DNA of 64,000 nt from Candidatus Saccharimonadia bacterium (GCA_041743505.1 JBGTMQ010000020.1:17099-81098); one strand, 5' to 3'. Positions 9,609 to 18,962 are shown, counted from the first letter of the stretch. A program made the numbers and translations. The notes: a model not told the origin generated them from the letters alone.

Positions 9609-10031
9609 ATGCCACAACTTCATCCCTACCTTGCGTTCGACGGTAATTGCCGCGAAGCGATGGAATTCTATCAACAAGCCTTGGGCGCCGAGCTTACCTT
9701 GCAAAAAGTTGGTGAAACACCCGCCAAAGACGGCATGCCGCCCGAAACGCACGACAGCGTCATGCACTCCAGCCTGGAAAAGAACGGCCAGGTGCTCGTA
9801 ATGGCTTCAGATATGATGTCCGAAGAAACAGCTAAACACGGCAACGACGTAAGCCTTTGCTACAGTGGCGAAACCGAAGAAGAGACCCGCGCGGCCTTCA
9901 AAAACCTGTCCGAAGGCGGCAAAGTCACCAGCGAACTCAAGCTCGAATTCTGGGGCGACCTGTACGGGGACTTGTACGACAAATATGGCTTCCGCTGGAT
10001 GTTTAACTACGGCAAAAGCCAAGACAAATAA
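9609..10031 (+). CDS. VOC family PhnB-like protein
   Basis: PYLAFDGNCREAMEFY, VMHS.L, FWGD.YG.L.DKYG..W. Confidence 0.9.
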   Translation: MPQLHPYLAFDGNCREAMEFYQQALGAELTLQKVGETPAKDGMPPETHDSVMHSSLEKNGQVLVMASDMMSEETAKHGNDVSLCYSGETEEETRAAFKNLSEGGKVTSELKLEFWGDLYGDLYDKYGFRWMFNYGKSQDK

Positions 10032-10044
10032 TATAACACTCAAC

Positions 10045-10527
10045 ATGACCCAAACCATCCACCAAATCCTCGATGATATCGGCATTGCCTACCAGCAATA
10101 TGACCATCCACCCGTCTTTACCGTTGAAGAAGCTGCAAAGTACGACCGGGGCCACGCCGGACATAGCAAGAATCTGTTTCTAAGAAACAAGAAGGGCAAC
10201 AGGCACTTCTTAGTCGTATTAGGCGCCGACAAGCAAGTCAACATAAGAGACATTGCCGATGCTGTCGGGGAAAATAATCTTGGCTTCGCTTCACCAGAAA
10301 GATTACTAAAATACCTCGGACTCACGCCAGGTTCAGTCTCTCCATTTGGTCTCGTCAATGACACAGCCAAGGGAGTAGAGGTCATTGTCGACAACGAGCT
10401 TCTGAAATCTGACAACCAAGGATTTCATCCCAATATAAATACCTCCACGTTAATCCTCAGCACGGAGGATTTTAAGAAATTTCTGTCGTCTACCGGGAAC
10501 AAAGTAACCTATTTGGAGGTCACATGA
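10045..10527 (+). CDS. Prolyl-tRNA editing protein (ProX/PrdX, YbaK family)
   Basis: HPPVFTVEE, KNLFL, LG.TPGSVSPFGL.ND, FHPNINT. Confidence 0.9.
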   Translation: MTQTIHQILDDIGIAYQQYDHPPVFTVEEAAKYDRGHAGHSKNLFLRNKKGNRHFLVVLGADKQVNIRDIADAVGENNLGFASPERLLKYLGLTPGSVSPFGLVNDTAKGVEVIVDNELLKSDNQGFHPNINTSTLILSTEDFKKFLSSTGNKVTYLEVT

Positions 10528-11093
10528 GAAAACTATTTGTTTCAAATCTTGTATCAGTCGACGGCATGTTTGCCGGCTCCGGCGGCAATATCGATTGGCA
10601 CGTTTTCGATGATGAGCTCAACAAACACGCCATCGGTATGATGAATACCGTCGACACCATGATTCTGGGCGGCAAAACCTTTGGCCTGTTCGAGGATTTC
10701 TGGCCTGCTGCCGGCAAGGACCCTGCCACAGACCCCGACGACCTGGTAATCGCCCGCCTGATGGACGAGTACACCAAAATCGTATTCTCCAAATCGCGCC
10801 ACGAAACCAACTGGCAAAACACCAAAATACACCACAACATTGATCCAGCAGAAATCCGCGAACTCAAGAACCAACCCGGCAAAGATATCGTCATCTTCGG
10901 CAGCGGCACCATCGTTCAGGCCATGACTAATCTTGGCCTCATAGATGAATACCAGCTCATCATCAACCCCGTCATTCTGGGCCAGGGTAAACCATTATTC
11001 GAAGGCATCAACCACAAGCTGGACTTAAATCTCACTTCATCCAAGACCTTCAGCTCCGGGAACGTTCTGTTGTGCTATCAGCCCACAAAATAA
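10524..11093 (+). CDS. Dihydrofolate reductase-like (RibD C-terminal) protein
   Basis: VSVDG.FAG, KIVFS, GKDIVIFGSG, GLIDEYQL...PVILG.GKPLF. Confidence 0.9.
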   Translation: MRKLFVSNLVSVDGMFAGSGGNIDWHVFDDELNKHAIGMMNTVDTMILGGKTFGLFEDFWPAAGKDPATDPDDLVIARLMDEYTKIVFSKSRHETNWQNTKIHHNIDPAEIRELKNQPGKDIVIFGSGTIVQAMTNLGLIDEYQLIINPVILGQGKPLFEGINHKLDLNLTSSKTFSSGNVLLCYQPTK

Positions 11094-11171
11094 TGCCCCG
11101 ATAGGTGAGATGCTTCCGCCTGGAATAGTAGAAGAATCTCGATCCATCGGGGTTGGGTCGCCAATTATCCG

Positions 11172-11357
11172 TCAGCTGCCTCTTCTCCAGCTCGTCCAGC
11201 CAGGGGTTGTCCCTTCGGGCTGAGGCGTAAATCTGCCAGTCGCCCCGGCAATCTTGCTGCCGTCATCAAGCGTAACGACACCATCTTCTACCGATACTAC
11301 TCCTTTAGTGGTAATGACGGTGTTACCGTCAACTGGAATTTCTTTGGGCTCGGCCAT
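11172..11357 (-). CDS. Small hypothetical protein (MAEPKEIPVDG...)
   Basis: GGAG SD; TTGACT-N17-TAGCTT upstream. Confidence 0.55.
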   Translation of the reverse strand: MAEPKEIPVDGNTVITTKGVVSVEDGVVTLDDGSKIAGATGRFTPQPEGTTPGWTSWRRGS

Positions 11358-11468
11358 CGTGGCTCCCTGGAATCGTAGGAACAAACTAGGATGCATCTGC
11401 ATTGTAGGTGAATACGTTACTAAGCTATGACATAAATAACATGAAGTCAAATCGATCTTCACCCCTAC

Positions 11469-12104
11469 TTATTCCTCGGTCTCAATACCAACTTCCGCCG
11501 CTATGACCGCCGCTAAGCTAATTAACTGAGCAGTATCGACCAGAGCTCCCTTTAGGCCCATAACGCCCTTTAGGCCGGTGAGGTTAGAAGTCCGCAAATC
11601 TACCTTAGACAAGGCCGCATCACCAAAATGAGCGCCGGTAAGATTGCATTTTTCAAACCTAGCCTGGGACAGATGTGCCGCATAAAAGTCAGCTTCTTGG
11701 AGGTTACAATTTACAAAAGTGACCGATTTAAGCTTGGAAAATCGAAAATTAGCCATATTCAGTTTACAGTTAGAAAACACTACTTCCTCAAAACTGGCGT
11801 CCGATACTATCAGGCCCGAGAAGTTACCGCCTTTAACCTCGACCCGTAGCCAACCCGACCCATCCAAATCCGAGCCAAACATTAAGCAGTCCTCGGCATA
11901 GACGTCAGTCAAATTGAAGTGCTTGAGCTTGCTCGTCTCCAGAGACACGCGCAGTAGCATTGCCGCCTCGATGCTAACGGCATTAAGATCAGTGCTGGAA
12001 AAGTCGGCGTCCTCAACTAGGACACCGGACAAGTCTTGCTCGCCGGCCAGGGTGGCGCCAGTGAACCGGGTGAGCTGTTGGGGTATATGAAGCCGCATAC
12101 CCAT
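11469..12104 (-). CDS. Pentapeptide repeat protein
   Basis: Repeated A[DN][FL]xx / CNL.. units. Confidence 0.88.
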   Translation of the reverse strand: MGMRLHIPQQLTRFTGATLAGEQDLSGVLVEDADFSSTDLNAVSIEAAMLLRVSLETSKLKHFNLTDVYAEDCLMFGSDLDGSGWLRVEVKGGNFSGLIVSDASFEEVVFSNCKLNMANFRFSKLKSVTFVNCNLQEADFYAAHLSQARFEKCNLTGAHFGDAALSKVDLRTSNLTGLKGVMGLKGALVDTAQLISLAAVIAAEVGIETEE

Positions 12105-12351
12105 TAGCTTAGCAAACTCCAGCCTTATGCGTAGAAAATTTCGGCCCGCCTGGTGATGTACCAGGCGGGCCGTTTGCGTACCTCTGCAAGGTTATATTGG
12201 CGAATATATGCTTTCTAACATACAAATGCTAAAAGCTGAGCATGACTGTTTATAAAATGACAAAAGAGTTCAACAAAATTATTGACAACTATGATTGGCA
12301 TGGTTGACAATAGAAGGGCGCAATCCAGCGCCAAGCACCGAAGGAGTAACA

Positions 12352-12582
12352 ATGGGCCTTCCGGCTATCGCAAAAGCCGAAAACCTGTCAGTTTCGTGGC
12401 AGAAGAGCACGCTTTGCTCTAACCCGAGCGGCTGCGTCGAGCTCGCAGAACTGAGAACAGGAGTGATTGTTCTCCGCGACTCGCAGAACCCTTCCGGACC
12501 CGCCTTGTGCTTTACGCCTGGTGAAATTGCAGCATTCATTGGCGGCGCCCAAAAGGGCGAGTTCGACAAATACACTGTCTGA
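12352..12582 (+). CDS. DUF397 domain protein (copy 1)
   Basis: WQKS..CS...GCVELA, .RDS.NP.GP.L.FT..E..AF..G...GEFD; AAGGAG SD. Confidence 0.88.
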   Translation: MGLPAIAKAENLSVSWQKSTLCSNPSGCVELAELRTGVIVLRDSQNPSGPALCFTPGEIAAFIGGAQKGEFDKYTV

Positions 12583-12620
12583 CACCACGCTGCACAACAC
12601 TTACGGCTCTAATGCCGCCT

Positions 12621-13244
12621 CTACAAGCGCTCATCCTTCGGATGGGCGTTTTCTCTTTCGTAGCTCTCGCCAATGATACCCTTGGGTTTAATCCGGTCGA
12701 GGCCCAACTTCTGACCGCGTTCGCATGCCCCACCGTAGGTTGAAGACCAAATCGCGTACACCCCCAACAGTCGCTGCATTCGCGAGAGTCCTGCCTCAGC
12801 CGCAAACCTATCAAACAATTTGGCACTGTACCACTCTACTGATGTTTTGCCATTTATATCAATCGGCACCTGGTCCTGATTTGCATCGGCAAAAAAGGTG
12901 GCGCCGGGATGGCCGCGGTCGTGCTGCGACAATCCCAATAGGACCGCCTCAATAAACCCAGCTGGCAACTGGACCCCCGTGTAGATCTGAATTTCGTCCA
13001 GCGCTTCGGCCCCCTTGTCTGTCACGCGCTGGGCGTGATCTATGCCGTGGTAAGTTAGGCGCGGGTTGTCACATGTAAACAGCGAGTTTGCCAATATACG
13101 ACTAAAATCCGAGTGTCCCCGGTCATCAAAAGCAGCTAGGGTTCCCAGTTCAGTCACGTTGCCGTCAGCCGGTGCCAGCGACGGTGGTAGCCCTTGTGGG
13201 TACCAACTCGCAAAGTCAGAGTCAATGAGACGGCCAATCTCCAT
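12621..13244 (-). CDS. HD-domain protein resembling the class I cyclic-nucleotide phosphodiesterase catalytic core; C-terminus probably truncated
   Basis: YHGIDHAQRV and HDRGHPG motifs; AGGAG SD before ATG 13244; the last codons read through the DUF397 terminator and repeat. Confidence 0.6.
   Translation of the reverse strand: MEIGRLIDSDFASWYPQGLPPSLAPADGNVTELGTLAAFDDRGHSDFSRILANSLFTCDNPRLTYHGIDHAQRVTDKGAEALDEIQIYTGVQLPAGFIEAVLLGLSQHDRGHPGATFFADANQDQVPIDINGKTSVEWYSAKLFDRFAAEAGLSRMQRLLGVYAIWSSTYGGACERGQKLGLDRIKPKGIIGESYERENAHPKDERL
12650..12677 (+). repeat. 28-bp direct repeat, copy 1 (terminator tail)
   Basis: TTTCTCTTTCGTAGCTCTCGCCAATGAT, identical at 14264-14291. Confidence 0.9.
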
Positions 13245-13500
13245 CTGAGCTCCTAAGCGTTGAGGTGCAGAATGTAGAAAACAAACCGACACATATGTTA
13301 TAACACACTCAATTAACAAATGTAGTTTATATATAGTTTGCATAAAGTGAGCTAATAAGCCGAACACAGTTCCTTCTGGAAGCAAGTGTTTGGCCATCAG
13401 TAGTTGACAAAAGTAGTTGACAGAATTATTTGACACCCACGTCTGACATGATTGACAATGATCTTGGCACAACCGATGTGCCAATGCGGAAGGACAGAAA

Positions 13501-13728
13501 ATGGTAGAAAAGGCAGTAGTTTTGGACGCTCAGGCACAATTGCCTGGGGTCGTGTGGCGCAAGAGTAGCCGCAGCGGCCAGCTCGGCAACTGTGTCGAGG
13601 TTGCCTCCCTGGAGAGCGGACAGACGGCTGTCCGGGATTCCAAGAACCCGGCTGGCCCGGCCCTGATCTACACCTCCGCCGAGTGGGCAGCCTTCACAGC
13701 CGGCGTGAACGACGGCGAATTCAGCTAG
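13501..13728 (+). CDS. DUF397 domain protein (copy 2)
   Basis: WRKSSRS....NCVEVA, AVRDSKNPAGPAL......WAAF..GV..GEF. Confidence 0.93.
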   Translation: MVEKAVVLDAQAQLPGVVWRKSSRSGQLGNCVEVASLESGQTAVRDSKNPAGPALIYTSAEWAAFTAGVNDGEFS

Positions 13729-13918
13729 TAGCTAGCTGATGTTCTAGCGGCTAATTTCACTTTCGGGATATAATCCCGCAGTTCCATAGCGCCTATCCGC
13801 AAGGATGGGCGCTTTTCCTATTGCCGAATTTCGTAGTTTTTACCAATAGACATTACGGTATGACATAAATAACATATTGCTATGGCACAACTCAGTGCCA
13901 TCCTGAGAAGGGGTAACA

Positions 13919-14137
13919 ATGAACGGCATGAGGATCTTGAACGCCCAGGCCGACTTGCCTGGAATTGTGTGGCGCAGCCGCTGCAACGGCAGCGACCAGT
14001 GCGTCGAGGTGGGAGGACTACCGAACGGCCTCAAGGCCGTCCGCGACTCCAAGAACAAGACGGGTCCGGCGCTGGTCATCACCGGGGCAGAGTTCGCCGC
14101 AGTCACCGCCGGCATCCGCAATGGTGAATTCTCCTAG
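13919..14137 (+). CDS. DUF397 domain protein (copy 3)
   Basis: WRSRC.GSDQCVEV, AVRDSKN..GPAL, GEFS; paralogue of copy 2. Confidence 0.9.
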   Translation: MNGMRILNAQADLPGIVWRSRCNGSDQCVEVGGLPNGLKAVRDSKNKTGPALVITGAEFAAVTAGIRNGEFS

Positions 14138-14263
14138 CACCGCCTGAACACTCGCTGTAACCCGCTTGGGCTGGGACATCCAGCGCACCTAACCCAAGCG
14201 GCTAATCGCAACCTTGTTGGTTAACCCCTTCAGCTAGATAGCGTCTACCTTGTGGGTAGGCGC

Positions 14264-14291
14264 TTTCTCTTTCGTAGCTCTCGCCAATGAT
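14264..14291 (+). repeat. 28-bp direct repeat, copy 2 (terminator tail)
   Basis: Identical to 12650-12677. Confidence 0.9.
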
Positions 14292-14339
14292 TCATACTAA
14301 ATGTACTAGTAAACTTGAACCATAACACCGGAGACACCT

Positions 14340-15113
14340 ATGCGGGCACTTTGGACCGGCGCAATTTCATTTGGACTCATAAATATTCCCGTCAAGCTCT
14401 ATTCCGGCTCCGAAACCCGGGATGGTCTCGACTTGCGCATGCTCCATAAGAAAGATAATGCGCCCATCCGCTATGCCAAAATCTGCACCGCCGAAGGCGC
14501 CGAAGTACCCTACGAGGAAATCGTCAAAGGCTACGAGTATGCCAAAGGCCAGTTTGTGGTCCTGGAGGATGAGGATTTTGAGGCGGCTGACGCCAAAAAA
14601 ACCAGCACCATCGATATCGTCGAGTTTGTCGATGAAGACCAGATCGACGTCCGTTATCTGGAGAAGCCGTATTATCTGGAGCCCGCCAAGGGAGCCGACA
14701 AGGCCTATGCCTTGCTCCGTGAAGCGCTCAAAAAATCCAACCGGCTGGCCGTCGCCACGTTTGTCTTACGGCAGCGCGAACATTTGGCGCTCATCAAGAC
14801 CGTCGGCCAGGCCCTCGTACTCAACCAAATGCGTTTCCCGGCTGATTTACGCTCGCCGGGCGGGCTTAAGCTGCCGCCCAAAAGTGCCGCCACCGAGCGC
14901 GAACTGGATATGGCGCTCAAGCTAGTCGAGCAGCTGACGCATCCATTTATCCCCGAAGACTTCCACGATACCTACACCGAAGAATTGCAGACGCGCATCG
15001 AAGCCAAGGTCAAAGGCAAGCCCACGCCCAAAGCTGCCCCCGCCCAAGCCGCACCCGCCCAGGATATGATGGCCGCCCTCAAAGCCAGTCTTGAGGCCAC
15101 CAGCACCAAATGA
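14340..15113 (+). CDS. ku: NHEJ Ku protein
   Basis: MRALWTGAISFGLINIPVKLYS, IVKGYEY, PYYL.P, DMMAALKAS. Confidence 0.95.
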   Translation: MRALWTGAISFGLINIPVKLYSGSETRDGLDLRMLHKKDNAPIRYAKICTAEGAEVPYEEIVKGYEYAKGQFVVLEDEDFEAADAKKTSTIDIVEFVDEDQIDVRYLEKPYYLEPAKGADKAYALLREALKKSNRLAVATFVLRQREHLALIKTVGQALVLNQMRFPADLRSPGGLKLPPKSAATERELDMALKLVEQLTHPFIPEDFHDTYTEELQTRIEAKVKGKPTPKAAPAQAAPAQDMMAALKASLEATSTK

Positions 15114-17602
15114 GCCTCGAACAGTACCAGGCCAAACGGCGCTTTGACCAAACCCCCGAGCCGCAAGCCGGGCAGGGAAGTGGGCCGCTGCGCTTTGTGG
15201 TCCAAAAGCACGCCGCCTCGCATTTGCACTACGATTTTCGCTTGGAAATGGGCAGTATCCTTAAAAGCTGGGCCGTACCCAAGGGTCCCTCACTCAACCC
15301 TCACGACAAGCGCCTGGCCATGATGACCGAAGACCATCCCTACGACTACCGTACCTTCGAAGGCATCATCCCCGAAGGCAATTACGGCGCCGGCACGGTT
15401 ATGGTCTGGGATGAAGGTACCTACGAGCCGGTCGTCTGGGACAAAAAAACCGGCGTCACTCTGCATCTCAGCCGCCAGGAACAAGACAAAGCCGCCCGTC
15501 ACAGCGTCCATGCCGGCCACCTCACCTTCATCCTACGTGGCCAAAAACTAAACGGTGAGTTCGCCCTTATCAAAATGCATGACGCCGAGGAAAACGCCTG
15601 GCTGCTCGTTAAGGCCGACAAAGATGATGCGGTCACCACCAAAGATGTCACCAAGCAGGACCGCTCAGCCCTCAGCGGCCGCACCTTGGACGAAATAGCC
15701 AAAGGCGGCGGCGCTGCCTGGACTCGCGCTCCCGGCCTGTCCGGCGCGCCGCCCGCGCCACTGCCCGATACCGTAGCGCCAATGCTGGCCACCCTGGCCG
15801 AAGCGCCGTTCGATGACCCGGACTGGCTCTACGAAATCAAATGGGACGGCTACCGCGCCATCGCCACTATCACTCCCGAAGGCGTAAAATTACGCTCCCG
15901 CCGCGACCAGGATTTTGCCGCCAAATACCCGCCCGTCACCTCCGCGCTCCAGGACATCCGCGGCGCCACCGCCGTCCTCGACGGCGAGATCGTGGTGCTC
16001 GACGACCAGGGCCGGTCGGTTTTTGAGGGTCTCCAGACCTACGCCGACACCGCCGGCACCCTGGTCTACTACGTCTTCGACCTGCTCTACTTGGACGGCC
16101 ACGATCTCACCGGCCTGCCGCTCACCCGGCGCAAACAAATCTTGCGTGATTGGCTGCCGCCCTCCGGGCACGTCCGCTACAGCGACCATGTCAACGAACT
16201 TGGCACCGGCTTTTTTGCCGCTGCCAAGCAGCAAAACCTGGAAGGCATCATGGCCAAGGACGGGCGCAGCCGTTATACACCGGGCAAGCGCAGTCACAGC
16301 TGGTTCAAGATCAAAACCCATGCCCGGCAGGAGGCCGTCATTGGCGGCTACACCGCGCCCCGCGGCTCGCGCTCCGGCTTTGGCGCCCTCGTTCTGGGCG
16401 TCTACGATGAAGACGGCCAACTCCACTACATCGGCCACACCGGCGGCGGCTTTGACGAGCGCTCCATCGCTGACACGCTAGCGAAACTCGAACCACTTCG
16501 CCAACCCGGATCGCCATTTGCCGAAACCTTCAAAACCAACGCTCCGGCTACCTGGGTCAAACCAAAACTTGTTGCCGAGGTCGAGTTCCGCGAGTGGACC
16601 GACGACGGCCATATGCGCCAACCAATCTTCCTCGGCCTGCGCCCCGACAAGTCACCCAAATCCGTCCACCGCGAAACCGCCGTCACCCCGCCACCCGAAA
16701 CCAAACCACTCGCCGCCTCAACTGGCACACGCCGCGCTCCCATCCACCACCCCGACAAAGTCTTCTGGCCCGATGACGGCATCACCAAGGGTGAGCTGGC
16801 CGCCTACTACCAGGCCATCGCGCCCACGCTCCTGCCGTACCTCAAAGACCGCCCCGAATCCCTCAACCGGTTTCCGCATGGCATTGCCGGCGACAGTTTT
16901 TACCAGAAAAACGTCGAGGATGCCCCCGATTGGGTCCGCCGCGTCACCGTCCATTCCGACAGCGAAAACCATGACGTGCATTACGTTGTCTGCGACGACC
17001 TCGATACGCTCCTGTATCTCGTCAACCTCGGCTGCATTGAGCTCAACCCTTGGAACTCGCGCATCCAGCACCCAGAACACCCCGATTGGGCCGTCATCGA
17101 CCTGGACCCCGAAGACGTCAGCTTCGACACCGTCGTCGAGGTCGCCCAAATGGTCCATCAGGTCCTAGAATCTGCCGGCATCCCGCATTACCCCAAAACC
17201 TCCGGCGCCACGGGTCTGCACATCTACATTCCCATGGACGCCCAATACACCTACGACCAGGTCAAAAATTTTGCCCACATCAACTGCCAGCTCGTAGGCG
17301 CCAGGCTGCCCGACGTCACCAGCCTGGAGCGCAGCCCGGCCAAACGCCAGCAGCGGGTCTATCTGGACTACTTGCAAAACCGCCGTGGCCAAACCCTGGC
17401 TGCCGCCTACGCTGTCCGCCCCCGGCCCGGTGCCACCGTCTCCACGCCGCTGCATTGGGACGAAGTCAAACCCGGCCTCGACCCCAAAACCTTTACGATT
17501 CACACCATGCCGGCCCGCCTCCAGGAAGCCGGCGACCTCTGGCAACCGGTTATCGGCCCCGGCGTCGATCTGCTCAAGGCATTAAAGCACCTGGACGCGT
17601 AA
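15110..17602 (+). CDS. ligD: NHEJ DNA ligase D (phosphoesterase-ligase-polymerase)
   Basis: FVVQKHAASHLHYDFRLE; EIKWDGYR; EGIMAK; IDLDP; KTSGATGLHIYIP; DYLQNRRG. Confidence 0.96.
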   Translation: MSLEQYQAKRRFDQTPEPQAGQGSGPLRFVVQKHAASHLHYDFRLEMGSILKSWAVPKGPSLNPHDKRLAMMTEDHPYDYRTFEGIIPEGNYGAGTVMVWDEGTYEPVVWDKKTGVTLHLSRQEQDKAARHSVHAGHLTFILRGQKLNGEFALIKMHDAEENAWLLVKADKDDAVTTKDVTKQDRSALSGRTLDEIAKGGGAAWTRAPGLSGAPPAPLPDTVAPMLATLAEAPFDDPDWLYEIKWDGYRAIATITPEGVKLRSRRDQDFAAKYPPVTSALQDIRGATAVLDGEIVVLDDQGRSVFEGLQTYADTAGTLVYYVFDLLYLDGHDLTGLPLTRRKQILRDWLPPSGHVRYSDHVNELGTGFFAAAKQQNLEGIMAKDGRSRYTPGKRSHSWFKIKTHARQEAVIGGYTAPRGSRSGFGALVLGVYDEDGQLHYIGHTGGGFDERSIADTLAKLEPLRQPGSPFAETFKTNAPATWVKPKLVAEVEFREWTDDGHMRQPIFLGLRPDKSPKSVHRETAVTPPPETKPLAASTGTRRAPIHHPDKVFWPDDGITKGELAAYYQAIAPTLLPYLKDRPESLNRFPHGIAGDSFYQKNVEDAPDWVRRVTVHSDSENHDVHYVVCDDLDTLLYLVNLGCIELNPWNSRIQHPEHPDWAVIDLDPEDVSFDTVVEVAQMVHQVLESAGIPHYPKTSGATGLHIYIPMDAQYTYDQVKNFAHINCQLVGARLPDVTSLERSPAKRQQRVYLDYLQNRRGQTLAAAYAVRPRPGATVSTPLHWDEVKPGLDPKTFTIHTMPARLQEAGDLWQPVIGPGVDLLKALKHLDA

Positions 17603-17635
17603 CGACGTCAACGCTCTTTGCCGTACAATAGCCCT

Positions 17636-18286
17636 ATGACGAAAAACATTCTCTGTTTCGGAGACAGCATTATCTATGGGTATGGAGACCTGGAAGGCGG
17701 CTGGGTAGCCCGCCTGCGAAAGCGAATCGACCTAAACTCACCCGAATCCGACCCTCAAGTATTCTTCATGACCTATAACCTCGGAATACCGAGTGATACC
17801 TCTCGGCGCCTCATGGACCGGTTTGAGCTCGAGCTGGCCGCCTACACCAGAGACCCGGCCGATAACTACCTCATCATTTCCATCGGCACCAATGATGCCA
17901 TCCGCAATACTTCAGATAAATCGTTATGGACAGAATTGCCCCAATATAAAGCCAATATTACGGCCCTAATCAACCAGGCCCAAGCCGCCGGCGCCCCAGT
18001 CGTATTCCTCGGTAATATGCCGGTCGATGAGACAAAAACTCATCCGTATGTCTATGACGCCACCATTGAATCAAGCAATCATGACATCAAAACCTACGAG
18101 CTCACCGCCCAACAGGCATGCAAAGAAAATGACGTAGACTTTATCCCGGTATTCGAAAAAGCCATTCAAACCGACTATCCATCAATGTTATCCGGCGACG
18201 GCGTGCACCCTAACGCCAAAGGCCACGCCTACCTGGCCGGCCTGGCCTGGGAGTATATCAACGGCCAAAAATGGCTCCGGGTATAA
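17636..18286 (+). CDS. SGNH/GDSL hydrolase
   Basis: FGDSI, NLGI, IGTND, DGVHPN. Confidence 0.9.
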   Translation: MTKNILCFGDSIIYGYGDLEGGWVARLRKRIDLNSPESDPQVFFMTYNLGIPSDTSRRLMDRFELELAAYTRDPADNYLIISIGTNDAIRNTSDKSLWTELPQYKANITALINQAQAAGAPVVFLGNMPVDETKTHPYVYDATIESSNHDIKTYELTAQQACKENDVDFIPVFEKAIQTDYPSMLSGDGVHPNAKGHAYLAGLAWEYINGQKWLRV

Positions 18287-18294
18287 TTTATATG

Positions 18295-18323
18295 TTGACT
18301 TATATTTAATAATGTGATATTGT
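18295..18323 (+). promoter_or_regulatory. Sigma70-type promoter
   Basis: TTGACT-N17-TATTGT with an extended -10 TG. Confidence 0.65.
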
Positions 18324-18330
18324 GTATATA

Positions 18331-18480
18331 TCTGTGGAATAACCGTAAGGCGAGACGCCAGACCGTGAAGCTATTCGCGCCTGACGCCTCGCCTTAAGCA
18401 AGGTTATCCGCAGTGATCTTTTCACTGTGGATTAAGAGGGGTACCTGCTAGGGTATCGACGTTCTTACACACCAAGGAGC
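18331..18480 (+). ncRNA. Structured 5' leader or candidate cis-regulatory RNA with two mutually exclusive stems
   Basis: Long hairpin 18332-18413; competing stem 18407-18416/18422-18431; third hairpin before the SD. Confidence 0.5.
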
Positions 18481-18485
18481 ATTCT

Positions 18486-18941
18486 ATGTCTCGCGCTGCA
18501 CTCGCAACCAAGGTCGAAGAGCTCTCCAACCAGGTCGCCGTGCTGACCGCTTCCCTCGCGAAGGTTCAGCAGGTTCAGGCCGCAGCCCTCCAGGCTGTCA
18601 CGTTCCTGCCTCAGGAGGTTGCCAGCCTGCTCAACGAGCAGAACCTGGGCGACGGTCAGATGACGCCGGACGGCGCTGGCATGACCTACAAGGTCGGCGA
18701 GCTGCTCACGGTCACCATCTACCCGTTCCGCGAGGAGTTCGTCCTCACCGACGCTGGTGGCAAGATTCGTCCGCTCTGGGTCAGGTTCGGCCCGGACCAC
18801 CCGGTCACCGACAAGATCGTCCTCGAGGTCCTCGGCTTCCAGGCCCTGGTCCTGAACCCGACGATCACCACCACGCCCTCAAGCTTCTGGGCGACGGGCG
18901 TCAACGCCCTCAGGGCTCCGGCGACCACCACCACATCCTGA
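18486..18941 (+). CDS. Hypothetical protein with N-terminal coiled coil
   Basis: AAGGAG SD, strong GC3 bias, followed by a hairpin. Confidence 0.8.
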   Translation: MSRAALATKVEELSNQVAVLTASLAKVQQVQAAALQAVTFLPQEVASLLNEQNLGDGQMTPDGAGMTYKVGELLTVTIYPFREEFVLTDAGGKIRPLWVRFGPDHPVTDKIVLEVLGFQALVLNPTITTTPSSFWATGVNALRAPATTTTS

Positions 18942-18962
18942 TATCCGCTCCCCAGTGAAAAA

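Noticed and set aside
12621-13484. 287-aa version of the HD ORF
   Set aside because: The N-terminal 80 codons cross AT-rich promoter DNA; the SD supports ATG 13244.
11426-13875. Shared 17-mer TATGACATAAATAACAT at 11426-11442 and 13859-13875
   Set aside because: AT-rich, only two copies, and opposite orientation relative to the downstream genes; could be an operator but support is insufficient.
14422-17631. Many overlapping alternative-frame and antisense ORFs inside ku/ligD (and likewise in the C25, kinase and SGNH genes)
   Set aside because: Expected stop-poor shadows of GC3-biased coding sequence, with no recognisable motifs.
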